Source: Bordetella parapertussis (GTDB lineage: Bacteria; Pseudomonadota; Gammaproteobacteria; Burkholderiales; JACQAP01). Taken from it: a stretch of DNA of 64,000 nt. Below are positions 34,567-46,328 of this stretch, piece by piece. The stretch is taken from the NCBI GenBank assembly GCA_945900965.1, contig CAMDKM010000003.1:7639-71638 (forward strand). Direction: 5' to 3'. Position 1 is the stretch's first letter; every line of letters starts with the position of its first letter. The notes beneath the pieces are model-generated. The model saw only the letters and a list, made by a program, of their open reading frames with translations. It did not search any database and was not told where the DNA came from. A program made the translations under genes and the position numbers.

Positions 34567-37299
34567 TCAATGCGCCTTTTCCCAGTTGGGGCCGATACCG
34601 ACGTCCACCACCAGCGGTACCGCCAGTTTTGCCACCCCGTTCATCAGTTTCGGCAACTCGGCCTTCACCAGATCCAATTCGGGTTGCGGCACCTCCAGCA
34701 CTAACTCGTCATGCACTTGCATGATGAGGCGGCTGTGAAGTTTTGCTTCCGTGATCCAATTTTGCACCACGATCATGGCCATCTTGATCAGATCGGCGGC
34801 GGTGCCTTGCATGGGCGCGTTGATCGCCGCACGCTCCGCGCCTTGGCGGCGTGGGCCATTGCCGCCCTTGATTTCCGGGAGATATAACCTGCGTCCGAAA
34901 ACGGTTTCCACATAACCCAGCGAGCGGGCCGACTCCCGGGTGCGCGCCATATAACCGGCCACGCCAGGGTAGCGCATGAAATAACGTTCCATATATTGCT
35001 GGGCGGCCGAACGCTCGATACCCAGTTGTGAAGCCAGGCCAAAAGCAGACATGCCGTAAATTAATCCGAAGTTGATCACCTTGGCATAACGGCGCTGCTC
35101 GCTGCTGACCGCGGCAGTTCCCAGGCCGAAAATTTCAGCCGCGGTGTGACGATGCACGTCTTCCTCCGCGGCAAAAGCCTTGAGCAGCCCGGGATCCTCG
35201 GACAGGTGCGCCATGATGCGCAGTTCAATCTGAGAATAATCGGCCGATACGATGACCGAACCGGGGGGCGCGATGAAGGCCTCGCGAATCCGCCGGCCTT
35301 CGGCGGTGCGCACTGGAATGTTCTGCAAATTGGGATCGTTGCTCGACAAGCGGCCGGTTACCGCCACGGCCTGACCATAATTGGTGTGCACGCGGCCAGT
35401 CTTGGCGTTCACCATGCGCGGCAGCTTGTCGGTGTAGGTGGATTTGAGTTTGGTGAGCCCGCGATATTCGAGAATCAGTTTGGGCAGCGGGTGATCGAGG
35501 GCCAGTTCCTGCAAGACGTCCTCATCGGTCGATGGTTGGCCTCCAGGCGTTTTTTTCTTGACCGGCAGGCCCTGGCGCTCGAAAAGGATTTCCTGCAATT
35601 GTTTGGGGGAATTGAGATTGAAGGGCTGACCGGCCTGCTGATAGACCGCCTGTTCGAGTTCCATCATCTTGGCGCCCAGTTCGCGGCTCTGCACTTCCAG
35701 CAAGCCGATGTCGAGCAATACGCCCGTGCGTTCCATGGTAAACAACACCCGACTGACCGGTATTTCGATGTCGCGATAGATTCGCGACAGCTTTTCATCT
35801 CCTTCAATCTGCGGGAACAGCACTTGATGCAACTGCAGCGTGATGTCTGCATCTTCGGCGGAATATTCGGTGGCGCGGCCCAACTCCACTTGTTCAAATC
35901 CGATCCGATTGGCCCCCTTGCCGGTCACCTCGTCGTAACTGATGGTGCTTGCACCCAGATGGCGACTGGCCAGATCGTCCATATCGTGGGGGCGGTGACT
36001 TTCCAGCACATAGGATTGCAGCAGAGTGTCGTGCTCGATGCCGTGCATCTCGGCGCCATGGTTGGCCAGAATATGCCGGTCATACTTCAGGTTCTGACCG
36101 ACTTTCCGATGCTGCGAATCGCGCAGCCAGGGATCGAGTCTGCGCAACACTTCATCGCGCGAAAGTTGTTGGGGAACGCCTGCATAGTGATGGGCGACCG
36201 GAATATAAGCGGCCTTGCCGGGCTCCACCGACAGAGATATCCCCACCAATTGCGCAGTCAGCGGATCGAGCCCGGTGGTCTCGGTGTCGATCGCGGTCAG
36301 GCGGGCACCGGAGATTTTTTCCAGCCAGTCCGAAAGCTGTGCATCGGTGAGGACTGTCTCGTAGCTGCGCTCCGAGGAGGGGCGAGGGGCGAGGGGCGAG
36401 GGGTGAGGGGTGGCTGGGCTCGTTTCAAATTCTCGTCCCTCGTCCCTCGTCCCTCGTCCCTGTAATTCTTTCAGCCAGGTCTTGAATTCCAGCCGGTCGA
36501 AGAGCTCCACAAGGGCTTCGTTGTCCTCGGCCTTGGGCGTCAATTCCTCGATCTTCAGAGGTAATTCGACGTCACACTTGATGGTGAGCAGTTTGCGCGC
36601 GGTGGGCAGCCAGGGCAGCGCCTTGCGCAGGTTCTCTCCTACCACGCCCGGGATATCCGCCGCGTGGGCCACCACGTTGTCGATTGTCTGGAATTGCGCC
36701 AGCCACTTCACCGCCGTTTTCGGGCCGACTTTTTCCACGCCCGGCACGTTGTCAACGGAATCCCCGATCAGGGTCAGGTAATCGACCATCTGCGCTGGCG
36801 CCACGCCGAACTTGCCGACCACCCCCTTCTCGTCGAGGTTTTCGTTGGACATGGTGTTGACCAGGCGCACCATCGGGTTCACCAGCTGGGTGATGTCCTT
36901 GTCGCCGGTCGAGATGACAGTCTGAATGCCTGCTTGGGTGGCCTGAGTGGCCAGCGTTCCGATGACATCGTCGGCTTCGACACCCTCGATCATCAGCAAG
37001 GGCCAGCCCATCGCACGAATACTGTCGTGCAAGGGCTCGATCTGGCGCACCAGTTCCTCGGGCATGGAGGGCCGGTTGGCCTTGTATTGCGGATACCAGT
37101 CGTCGCGAAAAGTCTTTCCTTTTGCGTCGAATACGCAAGCGATATAATCCGCCGCGGTTTCCTTTCGCAGTCGTTGCAGCATATTGAGCACGCCGTAAAC
37201 GGCGCCGGTTGGCTCGCCTTTCTTGTTGCGCAAATCCGGCAGCGCGTGAAACGCCCGATACAGGTAGGAAGAGCCGTCGACCAGCAAAAGTGTTTTCAT
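34567..37299 (-). CDS. polA: DNA polymerase I
   Basis: 910 aa. 5'-nuclease domain N-terminus MKTLLLVDGSSYLYRAFHALP, 3'-5' exonuclease motif AIDTETTGL, and polymerase motifs DYSQIELR and QVHDELV. Confidence 0.95.
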   Translation of the reverse strand: MKTLLLVDGSSYLYRAFHALPDLRNKKGEPTGAVYGVLNMLQRLRKETAADYIACVFDAKGKTFRDDWYPQYKANRPSMPEELVRQIEPLHDSIRAMGWPLLMIEGVEADDVIGTLATQATQAGIQTVISTGDKDITQLVNPMVRLVNTMSNENLDEKGVVGKFGVAPAQMVDYLTLIGDSVDNVPGVEKVGPKTAVKWLAQFQTIDNVVAHAADIPGVVGENLRKALPWLPTARKLLTIKCDVELPLKIEELTPKAEDNEALVELFDRLEFKTWLKELQGRGTRDEGREFETSPATPHPSPLAPRPSSERSYETVLTDAQLSDWLEKISGARLTAIDTETTGLDPLTAQLVGISLSVEPGKAAYIPVAHHYAGVPQQLSRDEVLRRLDPWLRDSQHRKVGQNLKYDRHILANHGAEMHGIEHDTLLQSYVLESHRPHDMDDLASRHLGASTISYDEVTGKGANRIGFEQVELGRATEYSAEDADITLQLHQVLFPQIEGDEKLSRIYRDIEIPVSRVLFTMERTGVLLDIGLLEVQSRELGAKMMELEQAVYQQAGQPFNLNSPKQLQEILFERQGLPVKKKTPGGQPSTDEDVLQELALDHPLPKLILEYRGLTKLKSTYTDKLPRMVNAKTGRVHTNYGQAVAVTGRLSSNDPNLQNIPVRTAEGRRIREAFIAPPGSVIVSADYSQIELRIMAHLSEDPGLLKAFAAEEDVHRHTAAEIFGLGTAAVSSEQRRYAKVINFGLIYGMSAFGLASQLGIERSAAQQYMERYFMRYPGVAGYMARTRESARSLGYVETVFGRRLYLPEIKGGNGPRRQGAERAAINAPMQGTAADLIKMAMIVVQNWITEAKLHSRLIMQVHDELVLEVPQPELDLVKAELPKLMNGVAKLAVPLVVDVGIGPNWEKAH
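36374..36462. repeat. Palindromic heptamer-array element inside polA
   Basis: The plus strand carries a (GAGGGGC)-type array of ~5 units (36374-36413), a 19-nt spacer, then (TCGTCCC)x4 (36433-36462). The arms are reverse complements except for one position per unit. It is translated in frame as GTRDEGREFETSPATPHPSPLAPRPSSE. Confidence 0.85.
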
Positions 37300-37324
37300 C
37301 GAAGATCAGCGCAGAAATTTCAGC

Positions 37325-38053
37325 ATGAACGAAAAAAAGAAGATTCCAGATCCGCTTGTCCCGGAGCTGGTCGACAAGGCCTGGACGTCGCGTGAATCCT
37401 GGCGAGTGCTCAAGATTATGTCAGAATTCGTGCAGGCGACCGAACGTCTTGCGCATGTTCGTCCCGCGGTCAGTATCTTCGGCAGCGCGCGCACGCCGAG
37501 CGATCATCCCTACTACAAGCTGAGCGAAAACATCGCGCGGCAATTGTCCGACGCCGGCTTCAGCGTCATATCCGGAGGCGGACCGGGCGTCATGGAAGCG
37601 GTGAACAAGGGTGCGTATGCGGGACGTTCGCTGTCGGTCGGGTTGAATATCCAGTTGCCGCACGAACAGGTGACCAACCGTTATCAGGACGTCAGCCAGA
37701 CATTCCGGCATTTTTTTACCCGCAAGGTCATGTTCGTCAAGTTCGCCTGCGCCTACGTGGTGATGCCGGGCGGGTTTGGGACCATGGATGAACTCATGGA
37801 AGCGCTGACCCTGGTACAAACCGGCAAGATCGCCCGCTTCCCGATCATCATGGTGCAGTCCTCCTATTGGCGCGGCCTCATCGACTGGATCAAGGATCGG
37901 ATGGTCAGCGAACGCATGATCAGCCCGGAGGACATGGATCTCATCCAGTTGATTGACGAGCCCCACGAGGTGGTCGAAGCCATATTTGATCACTATGAGA
38001 AGCGCGGCTTCGAACCCACCGCCGCCGAGCGCGAAGCGCAATTGAACCTCTGA
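37325..38053 (+). CDS. LOG-family / TIGR00730 Rossmann-fold nucleotide-binding protein
   Basis: AVSIFGSARTPSDHPYY, SGGGPGVMEA, PGGFGTMDEL. Confidence 0.85.
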   Translation: MNEKKKIPDPLVPELVDKAWTSRESWRVLKIMSEFVQATERLAHVRPAVSIFGSARTPSDHPYYKLSENIARQLSDAGFSVISGGGPGVMEAVNKGAYAGRSLSVGLNIQLPHEQVTNRYQDVSQTFRHFFTRKVMFVKFACAYVVMPGGFGTMDELMEALTLVQTGKIARFPIIMVQSSYWRGLIDWIKDRMVSERMISPEDMDLIQLIDEPHEVVEAIFDHYEKRGFEPTAAEREAQLNL

Positions 38054-38216
38054 ACCCCCAAAAACTTATTTGCCACAGAGGACACAGAGTGCCCAGAGAA
38101 AATCAAAACAACCGCCTTGGCTGGTGCGGTGTCCCTCGGGGATACATCCATGGAAATGTAGATTCGAATTTCTCTGTGTCCGCCGTGGCAGATTTTTCGC
38201 TCTTGAACTAAATCCT
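38053..38216. repeat. Foldback MITE-like element, copy E
   Basis: AACCCCCAAAAACTTATTTGCCACAGAGGACACAGAGTGCCCAGAG ... CTCTGTGTCCGCCGTGGCAGATTTTTCGCTCTTGAACTAAATCC. It fills the whole LOG-thrB spacer. Confidence 0.75.
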
Positions 38217-38220
38217 TCCG

Positions 38221-39171
38221 ATGTCGGTCTTCACTACAGTCACTCCCGAGCAGTTATCCGTCTGGCTCAGGAACTATTCCATTGGTGTGCTGATCGATTT
38301 ACAGGGCATCGCGTCCGGCATCGAGAACACCAATTATTTTGTCACCACCAGTCATGGGCGATATGTTCTGACTTTGTTCGAGAAACTCACTCGCCGGGAA
38401 TTACCGTTTTATTTGAACCTGATGGCGCATTTGTCCAGTCACGGCTTGCCTTGTCCGAAACCTATCGCCAATCTTCAGAACGCCTTGTTGGGGGAACTGA
38501 ACGGCAAGCCGGCGGCGGTGGCGAGCTGCCTGCCCGGCAGCCCGGTGTTGGAGCCCGCACCCACGCATTGCGCCCGGGTCGGCGAAGTACTGGCGGAAAT
38601 GCATCTGGCCGGTAAGACCTATGGTGGAAAACTGGAGAACCTGCGCGGCGCTTCGTGGTGGACGGCGTGTGCACCCGAAATCTATCCGTTCCTGAATACC
38701 GAGGATGCGCAGTTACTGGAATCAGAAATCGGCTATCAGGCTCAGCAGGTCCGTAATGGCTTGCCGCGTGGCGTGGTGCATGCGGATCTGTTCCGCGACA
38801 ACGTATTGTTCGACGGCGATCGGGTGGGCGGTTTCATCGATTTTTATTTTGCCTGCATCGATTGTTTCGTCTACGACGTGGCCATCACTGTCAACGATTG
38901 GTGTGTGGATGCCGATACCCGTCTCAGTCCGGAAAAAGCCGAGGCCTTGCTGAAGGCCTATTTCTCGGTGCGAGCGTTTAGCGAGCAGGAGCGCTCCGCC
39001 TGGCCCTGGATGTTGCGGGCCGGGGCACTGCGATTCTGGGTTTCTCGACTCTATGACTTCCATTTGCCGCGCCCGGGGGAATTGACCCACAAACACGATC
39101 CGGAACGCTTTCGACGCATCTTGCTTAACTATCGGGGCGCGTTGACCGCTGCGCCGGCCCTGCCGAAGTGA
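38221..39171 (+). CDS. thrB: Homoserine kinase (APH-fold, ThrB type II)
   Basis: MSVFTTVTPEQLSVWLRNYSIGVLIDLQGIASGIENTNYFVTTSHGRYVLTLFE and HADLFRDNVLF. Confidence 0.88.
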   Translation: MSVFTTVTPEQLSVWLRNYSIGVLIDLQGIASGIENTNYFVTTSHGRYVLTLFEKLTRRELPFYLNLMAHLSSHGLPCPKPIANLQNALLGELNGKPAAVASCLPGSPVLEPAPTHCARVGEVLAEMHLAGKTYGGKLENLRGASWWTACAPEIYPFLNTEDAQLLESEIGYQAQQVRNGLPRGVVHADLFRDNVLFDGDRVGGFIDFYFACIDCFVYDVAITVNDWCVDADTRLSPEKAEALLKAYFSVRAFSEQERSAWPWMLRAGALRFWVSRLYDFHLPRPGELTHKHDPERFRRILLNYRGALTAAPALPK

Positions 39172-39178
39172 TTCGACA

Positions 39179-39904
39179 ATGAATGCCCGAAGTGTGGCGC
39201 CGTCGGCGGGCTGGCAATGGATTGTCCGAGCCTTCGCGCTGATACGCAGGAAACCCCTCAGTTGGCTGGTGCTGAATCTGGTTTTCGTGATGATGGGTAT
39301 CGTGCTGAGCCAACTTCCCGCTGGCGGGTATGCGTTGTATCTGCTGACGCCGGTTTTTCTCGGCGGTCTGGTGACAGCGGCAGCGGATATCGAGGCCGGG
39401 CGGAATGTCGAGTTGGGTTCCCTCCTGCGCGGCTTTCGCTACAACACTTTGCACCTGGTGACGGTGGGCGGAATTTATCTGGTCGGCCAGGTGCTGATTT
39501 CCGGTGTCATGCTGGCACTGGGCGGCCCGGAATTTCAACTCATTGCACAGGCTGGTGTGGAAGGTATGGACCCGACCCGTGTCACGCCGGAAGTGGCGAG
39601 CCGGGTCCTGATGGCAGTGCTGGTGGGAATGTCCTTGTTTCTTCCGCTGGCGATGGCGATATGGTTCGCCCCGGCGCTCATCATGTTCGACAACCAATCC
39701 GGATGGCGCGCCATGTGGCTGAGTTTGCGCGCCAGCCTGGCCAATATGCTGCCTTTCCTGGTCTACAGCATTGCCAGTTCCACCCTGCTGCTGCTGGCCC
39801 TTATCCCCTTCGGCATAGGGTTGGTGTTATGGACGCCATTGATGATGCTGACGCTGTTTACCAGTTACATCGATATTTTCCCGCCTGCCGAAGCAAAGGC
39901 CTAA
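39179..39904 (+). CDS. Conserved inner-membrane protein of unknown function
   Basis: 241 aa with five to six hydrophobic helices. It sits after thrB, as in many beta-proteobacteria. Family not confidently named. Confidence 0.6.
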   Translation: MNARSVAPSAGWQWIVRAFALIRRKPLSWLVLNLVFVMMGIVLSQLPAGGYALYLLTPVFLGGLVTAAADIEAGRNVELGSLLRGFRYNTLHLVTVGGIYLVGQVLISGVMLALGGPEFQLIAQAGVEGMDPTRVTPEVASRVLMAVLVGMSLFLPLAMAIWFAPALIMFDNQSGWRAMWLSLRASLANMLPFLVYSIASSTLLLLALIPFGIGLVLWTPLMMLTLFTSYIDIFPPAEAKA

Positions 39905-39919
39905 GCGGCGTCGGCGCGA

Positions 39920-42094
39920 TCAGGCCGCCACCAGTTTTGCGTACTCCAGCGCCAGCCACTTCATTCCTGAGCTGCGAAAATTCACGTGCACCCGGGCATC
40001 TGCACCGCGGCCCTCGGCGCCCACGATAACGCCGGCGCCGAATTTGGCATGCATGACGTTTTGCCCCACCCGCCAACCCGCCACCCCGGATTCGATTTTT
40101 GCCGGTGCCGGGGCGAATTCCGGCGCGGAGACAAAGCCGGAATATTTGGTGGTGCTGACGCTGCGGATCAGATTTTCCGGTATTTCGTCCAGAAAACGGG
40201 AGGCGACGTTGTAACGCGTCTGACCGTGCAACATGCGGGTTTGCGCATGGGTGAGGTACAGCCGCCGGCGGGCGCGGGTGATCGCCACATACATCAGCCG
40301 CCGCTCCTCCTCCAGGCCGTCCTCCTCGTTGCGGCTGTTGTCGTGCGGGAACAAACCTTCTTCCAGGCCGCTAACAAACACCGCATGAAATTCCAGGCCC
40401 TTGGCCGAGTGCACCGTCATCAACTGCAAAGCGGCAGCGCCCGCAGCAGCCTGATTGTCTCCCGCCTCCAGGGAAGCGTGTGCGAGGAACGTGGTTAGTG
40501 CGCCGAATCCCTCGGAACCGATTTCCCCGTCTTCGCTCACCAGCGTGATCGGGCCGTCGGCCGCCACAAAGGCGGTGGCAGCGTTGGTCAGTTCCTTGAG
40601 GTTCTCGATCCGATCCGCTCCCTCGCGTTCGCTCTTGTAGTGTGCAATCAGTCCGCTGTGTTCGACCGCGTGTTCAACAATCTCGGGCAACGGAAGGTGC
40701 TCGCAGGCTTGGTGCAGCGACTCGATCAGCCGCACAAAACCCGCGATGCTGAAGCCGGCGCGTCCGCCGGGCGGATTGGCGCAGGCGGCTTGCCAGAGGG
40801 AAATGCCCCGGGCCGCAGCGGTTTCCTGAATTGTTTCGACGGTCCGGTTGCCGATTCCGCGAGTGGGGAAATTCACCACCCGCAGAAAAGCCCCATCGTC
40901 GTCGGGATTGGCCGTCAGACGCAGATAGGCCAGGGCATGTTTGATTTCCTGGCGCTCGAAAAAGCGCAGCCCGCCGTAGACCCGGTAGGCCAACCCGGCA
41001 TTAAACAACGCATGTTCCAGCACGCGCGATTGCGCGTTGGAGCGATAGAGCAGCGCCATATCCGACAGCGCCACACCTTCGTTTTTCAGTTGTTTGATTT
41101 CGTCGAGGATATACGCCGCTTCTTCGAAGTCGGTGGCTGCTTCGTAGCGGCGCAGCTGCTCCCCGCTGCCTTCCGACGTCCATAGGTTTTTGCCAAGCCG
41201 CGTCCGATTATTCTGGATCAAGGCGTTGGCGGCATCCAGGATGTTGCCCTGGCTTCGGTAGTTTTGCTCCAGCTTGATGACCTTTTCGATGCGGAAATCC
41301 CGTTCGAAATCGAGCATGTTTCCCGCGCGTGCGCCGCGGAAGGCATAGATGGACTGGTCGTCGTCGCCCACCGCGAAGATGCTATTGTCGGGGCCCGCCA
41401 GCAACTTCAACCACAGATATTGCAGACGGTTGGTGTCCTGAAATTCATCCACCAGTATCTGGCGAAATCGTCCGCGGTAATGGTTGCGTAGCGGCTCGTT
41501 GCGGGACAGCAACTCGAAGCAGCGCAGCAGCAATTCGGCGAAATCGACCACGCCTTCGCGCTGGCATTGGCCGTCGTAGGCCTGGTAGACCGTGAGCAGC
41601 CGCGCCGAGAAGTCGTCATGGGCTTCGACTTGCGGCGGGCGCAAGCCCTGGTCCTTGGCGGCATTGATGAAATATTGCGTTTGTTTGGGCGGATACTTCT
41701 CGTCGTCGATGTTCATCGACTTCATGACCCGCTTGATCATCGCCAACTGGTCGGCCGAATCCAGAATTTGAAACGTTTGCGGCAGCCCGGCTTCCCGGTA
41801 ATGGGCACGCAGCATCCGGTTGCACAGGCCGTGGAAAGTTCCGACCCACATGCCCCGGGTGTTAATGGGCAGCATGGCCGAGATGCGGGTGAGCATTTCG
41901 CGCGCCGCCTTGTTGGTGAAGGTCACCGCCAGCAGGGCATGCGGTCCGCTCAGTCCGGACTGGATCAGCCACGCAATACGTGAGGTAAGTACCCGGGTCT
42001 TGCCGGAACCGGCGCCGGCCAGGATCAGGGCCGATTGATGCGGGAGGGTGACGGCTTCGAGTTGTTGCGGATTCAGGCCTTCAAGGGGCGACAT
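39920..42094 (-). CDS. uvrD: DNA helicase II (UvrD)
   Basis: LNPQQLEAVTLPHQSALILAGAGSGKTRVL, VDEFQDTN, and the C-terminal GWRVGQNVMHAKFGAGVIVG motif. Confidence 0.92.
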   Translation of the reverse strand: MSPLEGLNPQQLEAVTLPHQSALILAGAGSGKTRVLTSRIAWLIQSGLSGPHALLAVTFTNKAAREMLTRISAMLPINTRGMWVGTFHGLCNRMLRAHYREAGLPQTFQILDSADQLAMIKRVMKSMNIDDEKYPPKQTQYFINAAKDQGLRPPQVEAHDDFSARLLTVYQAYDGQCQREGVVDFAELLLRCFELLSRNEPLRNHYRGRFRQILVDEFQDTNRLQYLWLKLLAGPDNSIFAVGDDDQSIYAFRGARAGNMLDFERDFRIEKVIKLEQNYRSQGNILDAANALIQNNRTRLGKNLWTSEGSGEQLRRYEAATDFEEAAYILDEIKQLKNEGVALSDMALLYRSNAQSRVLEHALFNAGLAYRVYGGLRFFERQEIKHALAYLRLTANPDDDGAFLRVVNFPTRGIGNRTVETIQETAAARGISLWQAACANPPGGRAGFSIAGFVRLIESLHQACEHLPLPEIVEHAVEHSGLIAHYKSEREGADRIENLKELTNAATAFVAADGPITLVSEDGEIGSEGFGALTTFLAHASLEAGDNQAAAGAAALQLMTVHSAKGLEFHAVFVSGLEEGLFPHDNSRNEEDGLEEERRLMYVAITRARRRLYLTHAQTRMLHGQTRYNVASRFLDEIPENLIRSVSTTKYSGFVSAPEFAPAPAKIESGVAGWRVGQNVMHAKFGAGVIVGAEGRGADARVHVNFRSSGMKWLALEYAKLVAA

Positions 42095-42178
42095 GCGGAA
42101 AGCGGGAAATAATGCAATGAGGATGCCGAATTATACGGGCTCATCGCTAGCCAGCTCACAAATTCGGGAGCCTGTTGA

Positions 42179-43048
42179 TTACCGCAAAGGTGCAACTTTT
42201 GGCTCAAGATCGGAGTGGGCCGTCTTAATCCTGGCCGCCAGCGATTGAGCCTCTTTCTCGCTCGGTAATCCGGACAGTAAGACCCGGAACCGCTGCCCGC
42301 TCCCTACAGGAATGACCTTGACCGGGTAGCCGTCGACGCGCAAGCGGTCATGGATCGCGAGTGCGGCCGACTGACTGTCTACTTCGGCAAGATTAATTTT
42401 CCAGCGGCCGCCGCGGACAATAAAGCCATGTCCCGGGGAAATCTCGGTTTCCGCAGCCCACTGCCCAAGCTGCTGGGCCGGTACTGCCTGCACCGAAGCT
42501 GCCCCCTTGCGCGGCGCCTGCAAGTACGTCAAGGGCTCTTTCATTTCCACCGGGGCATCGCCTGCGCGGCTGATAGTGATGGCCCCTTCGATCAGCACGA
42601 CCACTTCGCTGTCTCCGAGATTCTTGCCCCAGATATCCGTGCCACGGATGCCGACCGTAACGGTGGGAAACTGGACGCTGACATTTCTCCTGCCCCGTGC
42701 GCTCAGCGCGGCACTGGTGGTGAATCGAAACGCGCCTTCGATAACTTTCAGAGTCGCGGTCAGCAAGTTTTCTTCCCGGCGTTGCGCGATTGCGGAAACT
42801 TTCAGCCGGGCGTTTTCCCCGAGTTTCACCTGGCTGCCATCCCCCAGGCGGAGCAAGACTCGGGAGTTGGTCCCGGTGGAAATTTCGTCCTGCGCCCTGA
42901 GGATCGCGCCGGCTGCAAGAGGCTGGCGTTTGGTGTCACGGGTAAGCCAGGCCGGAAGCTGGACGCCTTCGACAACTGCATCGGAAGCGGCTAGCGAATT
43001 CAGACTTGTCGTCAAGAGCAACGACGCCAATAGCAGGCGAGAGATCAT
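42179..43048 (-). CDS. Secreted FecR-domain protein with C-terminal SPOR domain
   Basis: Signal peptide, a FecR-like beta region (SRVLLRLGDGSQVKLGENARL), and a C-terminal SPOR-like region WKINLAEVDSQSAALAIHDRLRVDGYPVKVIP..FRVLLSGLPSEKEAQSLAARI. Confidence 0.7.
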   Translation of the reverse strand: MISRLLLASLLLTTSLNSLAASDAVVEGVQLPAWLTRDTKRQPLAAGAILRAQDEISTGTNSRVLLRLGDGSQVKLGENARLKVSAIAQRREENLLTATLKVIEGAFRFTTSAALSARGRRNVSVQFPTVTVGIRGTDIWGKNLGDSEVVVLIEGAITISRAGDAPVEMKEPLTYLQAPRKGAASVQAVPAQQLGQWAAETEISPGHGFIVRGGRWKINLAEVDSQSAALAIHDRLRVDGYPVKVIPVGSGQRFRVLLSGLPSEKEAQSLAARIKTAHSDLEPKVAPLR

Positions 43049-43081
43049 GGCAGGGCTCCAGTTGAAACCTAGATGGCATGA

Positions 43082-45739
<2,658 letters not shown>

Positions 45740-45785
45740 GAGCGGGGAAGTGTCGCCGGAGAGGATTTTCATTGTCGCAAAAGCG

Positions 45786-46328
45786 ATGAAATACGTCGCG
45801 CTGTTCGCGGGTTTATGCCCCTCGTCCCTCGCCCCTCGTCCCTCGCCCCTGATCATCGCGACCTTGGGCGCGATGATCCTCTGCGCCTGTGGATTTCAAT
45901 TGCGCGGGCCGGCCGTCATTCCTTTCAATACGATAAGAGTGGAAGCAGAAGGCCACTCTGAAATTGGTCAGGAACTGGAACGCGCGATTCGCGCCAGTAA
46001 GAAAACCGAGATCGTGGTGCCGCCGAAGGTTGCCGAAGCCGTGTTGAAAATCATTGGCGAGGGGCAGGAGAAGTACATTCTGGCTTTGTCGTCGGGTGGG
46101 CGCGTTCGGGAATTCGAGCTGCGCTATCGCGTCTTTTATCGACTGACGAATGCCGATGGAGCGGATTTGACACCGGCCGGCGAAATTTTGCTGCGGCGAG
46201 ACATGAGTTTCGACGATACCCAGGTGCTGGCCAAGGAAGCCGAGGAAGCGCTGCTGTTCAGGGACATGAAATCCGACGCGGTGCGGCAGATCATGCGGCG
46301 CCTGTCCGCCATCAAAAGAGCATCATGA
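45786..46328 (+). CDS. lptE: LPS-assembly lipoprotein LptE
   Basis: It follows leuS, the conserved synteny. Lipobox ILCAC then GFQLRG, typical of LptE. Confidence 0.8.
   Translation: MKYVALFAGLCPSSLAPRPSPLIIATLGAMILCACGFQLRGPAVIPFNTIRVEAEGHSEIGQELERAIRASKKTEIVVPPKVAEAVLKIIGEGQEKYILALSSGGRVREFELRYRVFYRLTNADGADLTPAGEILLRRDMSFDDTQVLAKEAEEALLFRDMKSDAVRQIMRRLSAIKRAS
45817..45851. repeat. Heptamer array (CCCTCGY)n inside the lptE signal-peptide coding region
   Basis: GCCCCTCGTCCCTCGCCCCTCGTCCCTCGCCCCTG, translated as [12 protein letters not shown]. Confidence 0.85.

Noticed and set aside
35146-36465. 439-aa plus-strand ORF inside polA
   Set aside because: It is an antisense shadow of polA. Its end is simply the stop-free heptamer array.
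37300-37324. The 25-bp divergent spacer between polA and the LOG-family gene as a shared regulatory site
   Set aside because: Both N-termini look canonical, so the spacing is probably real. I could identify no palindrome or operator-like motif in 25 bp, so there is nothing to support a call.
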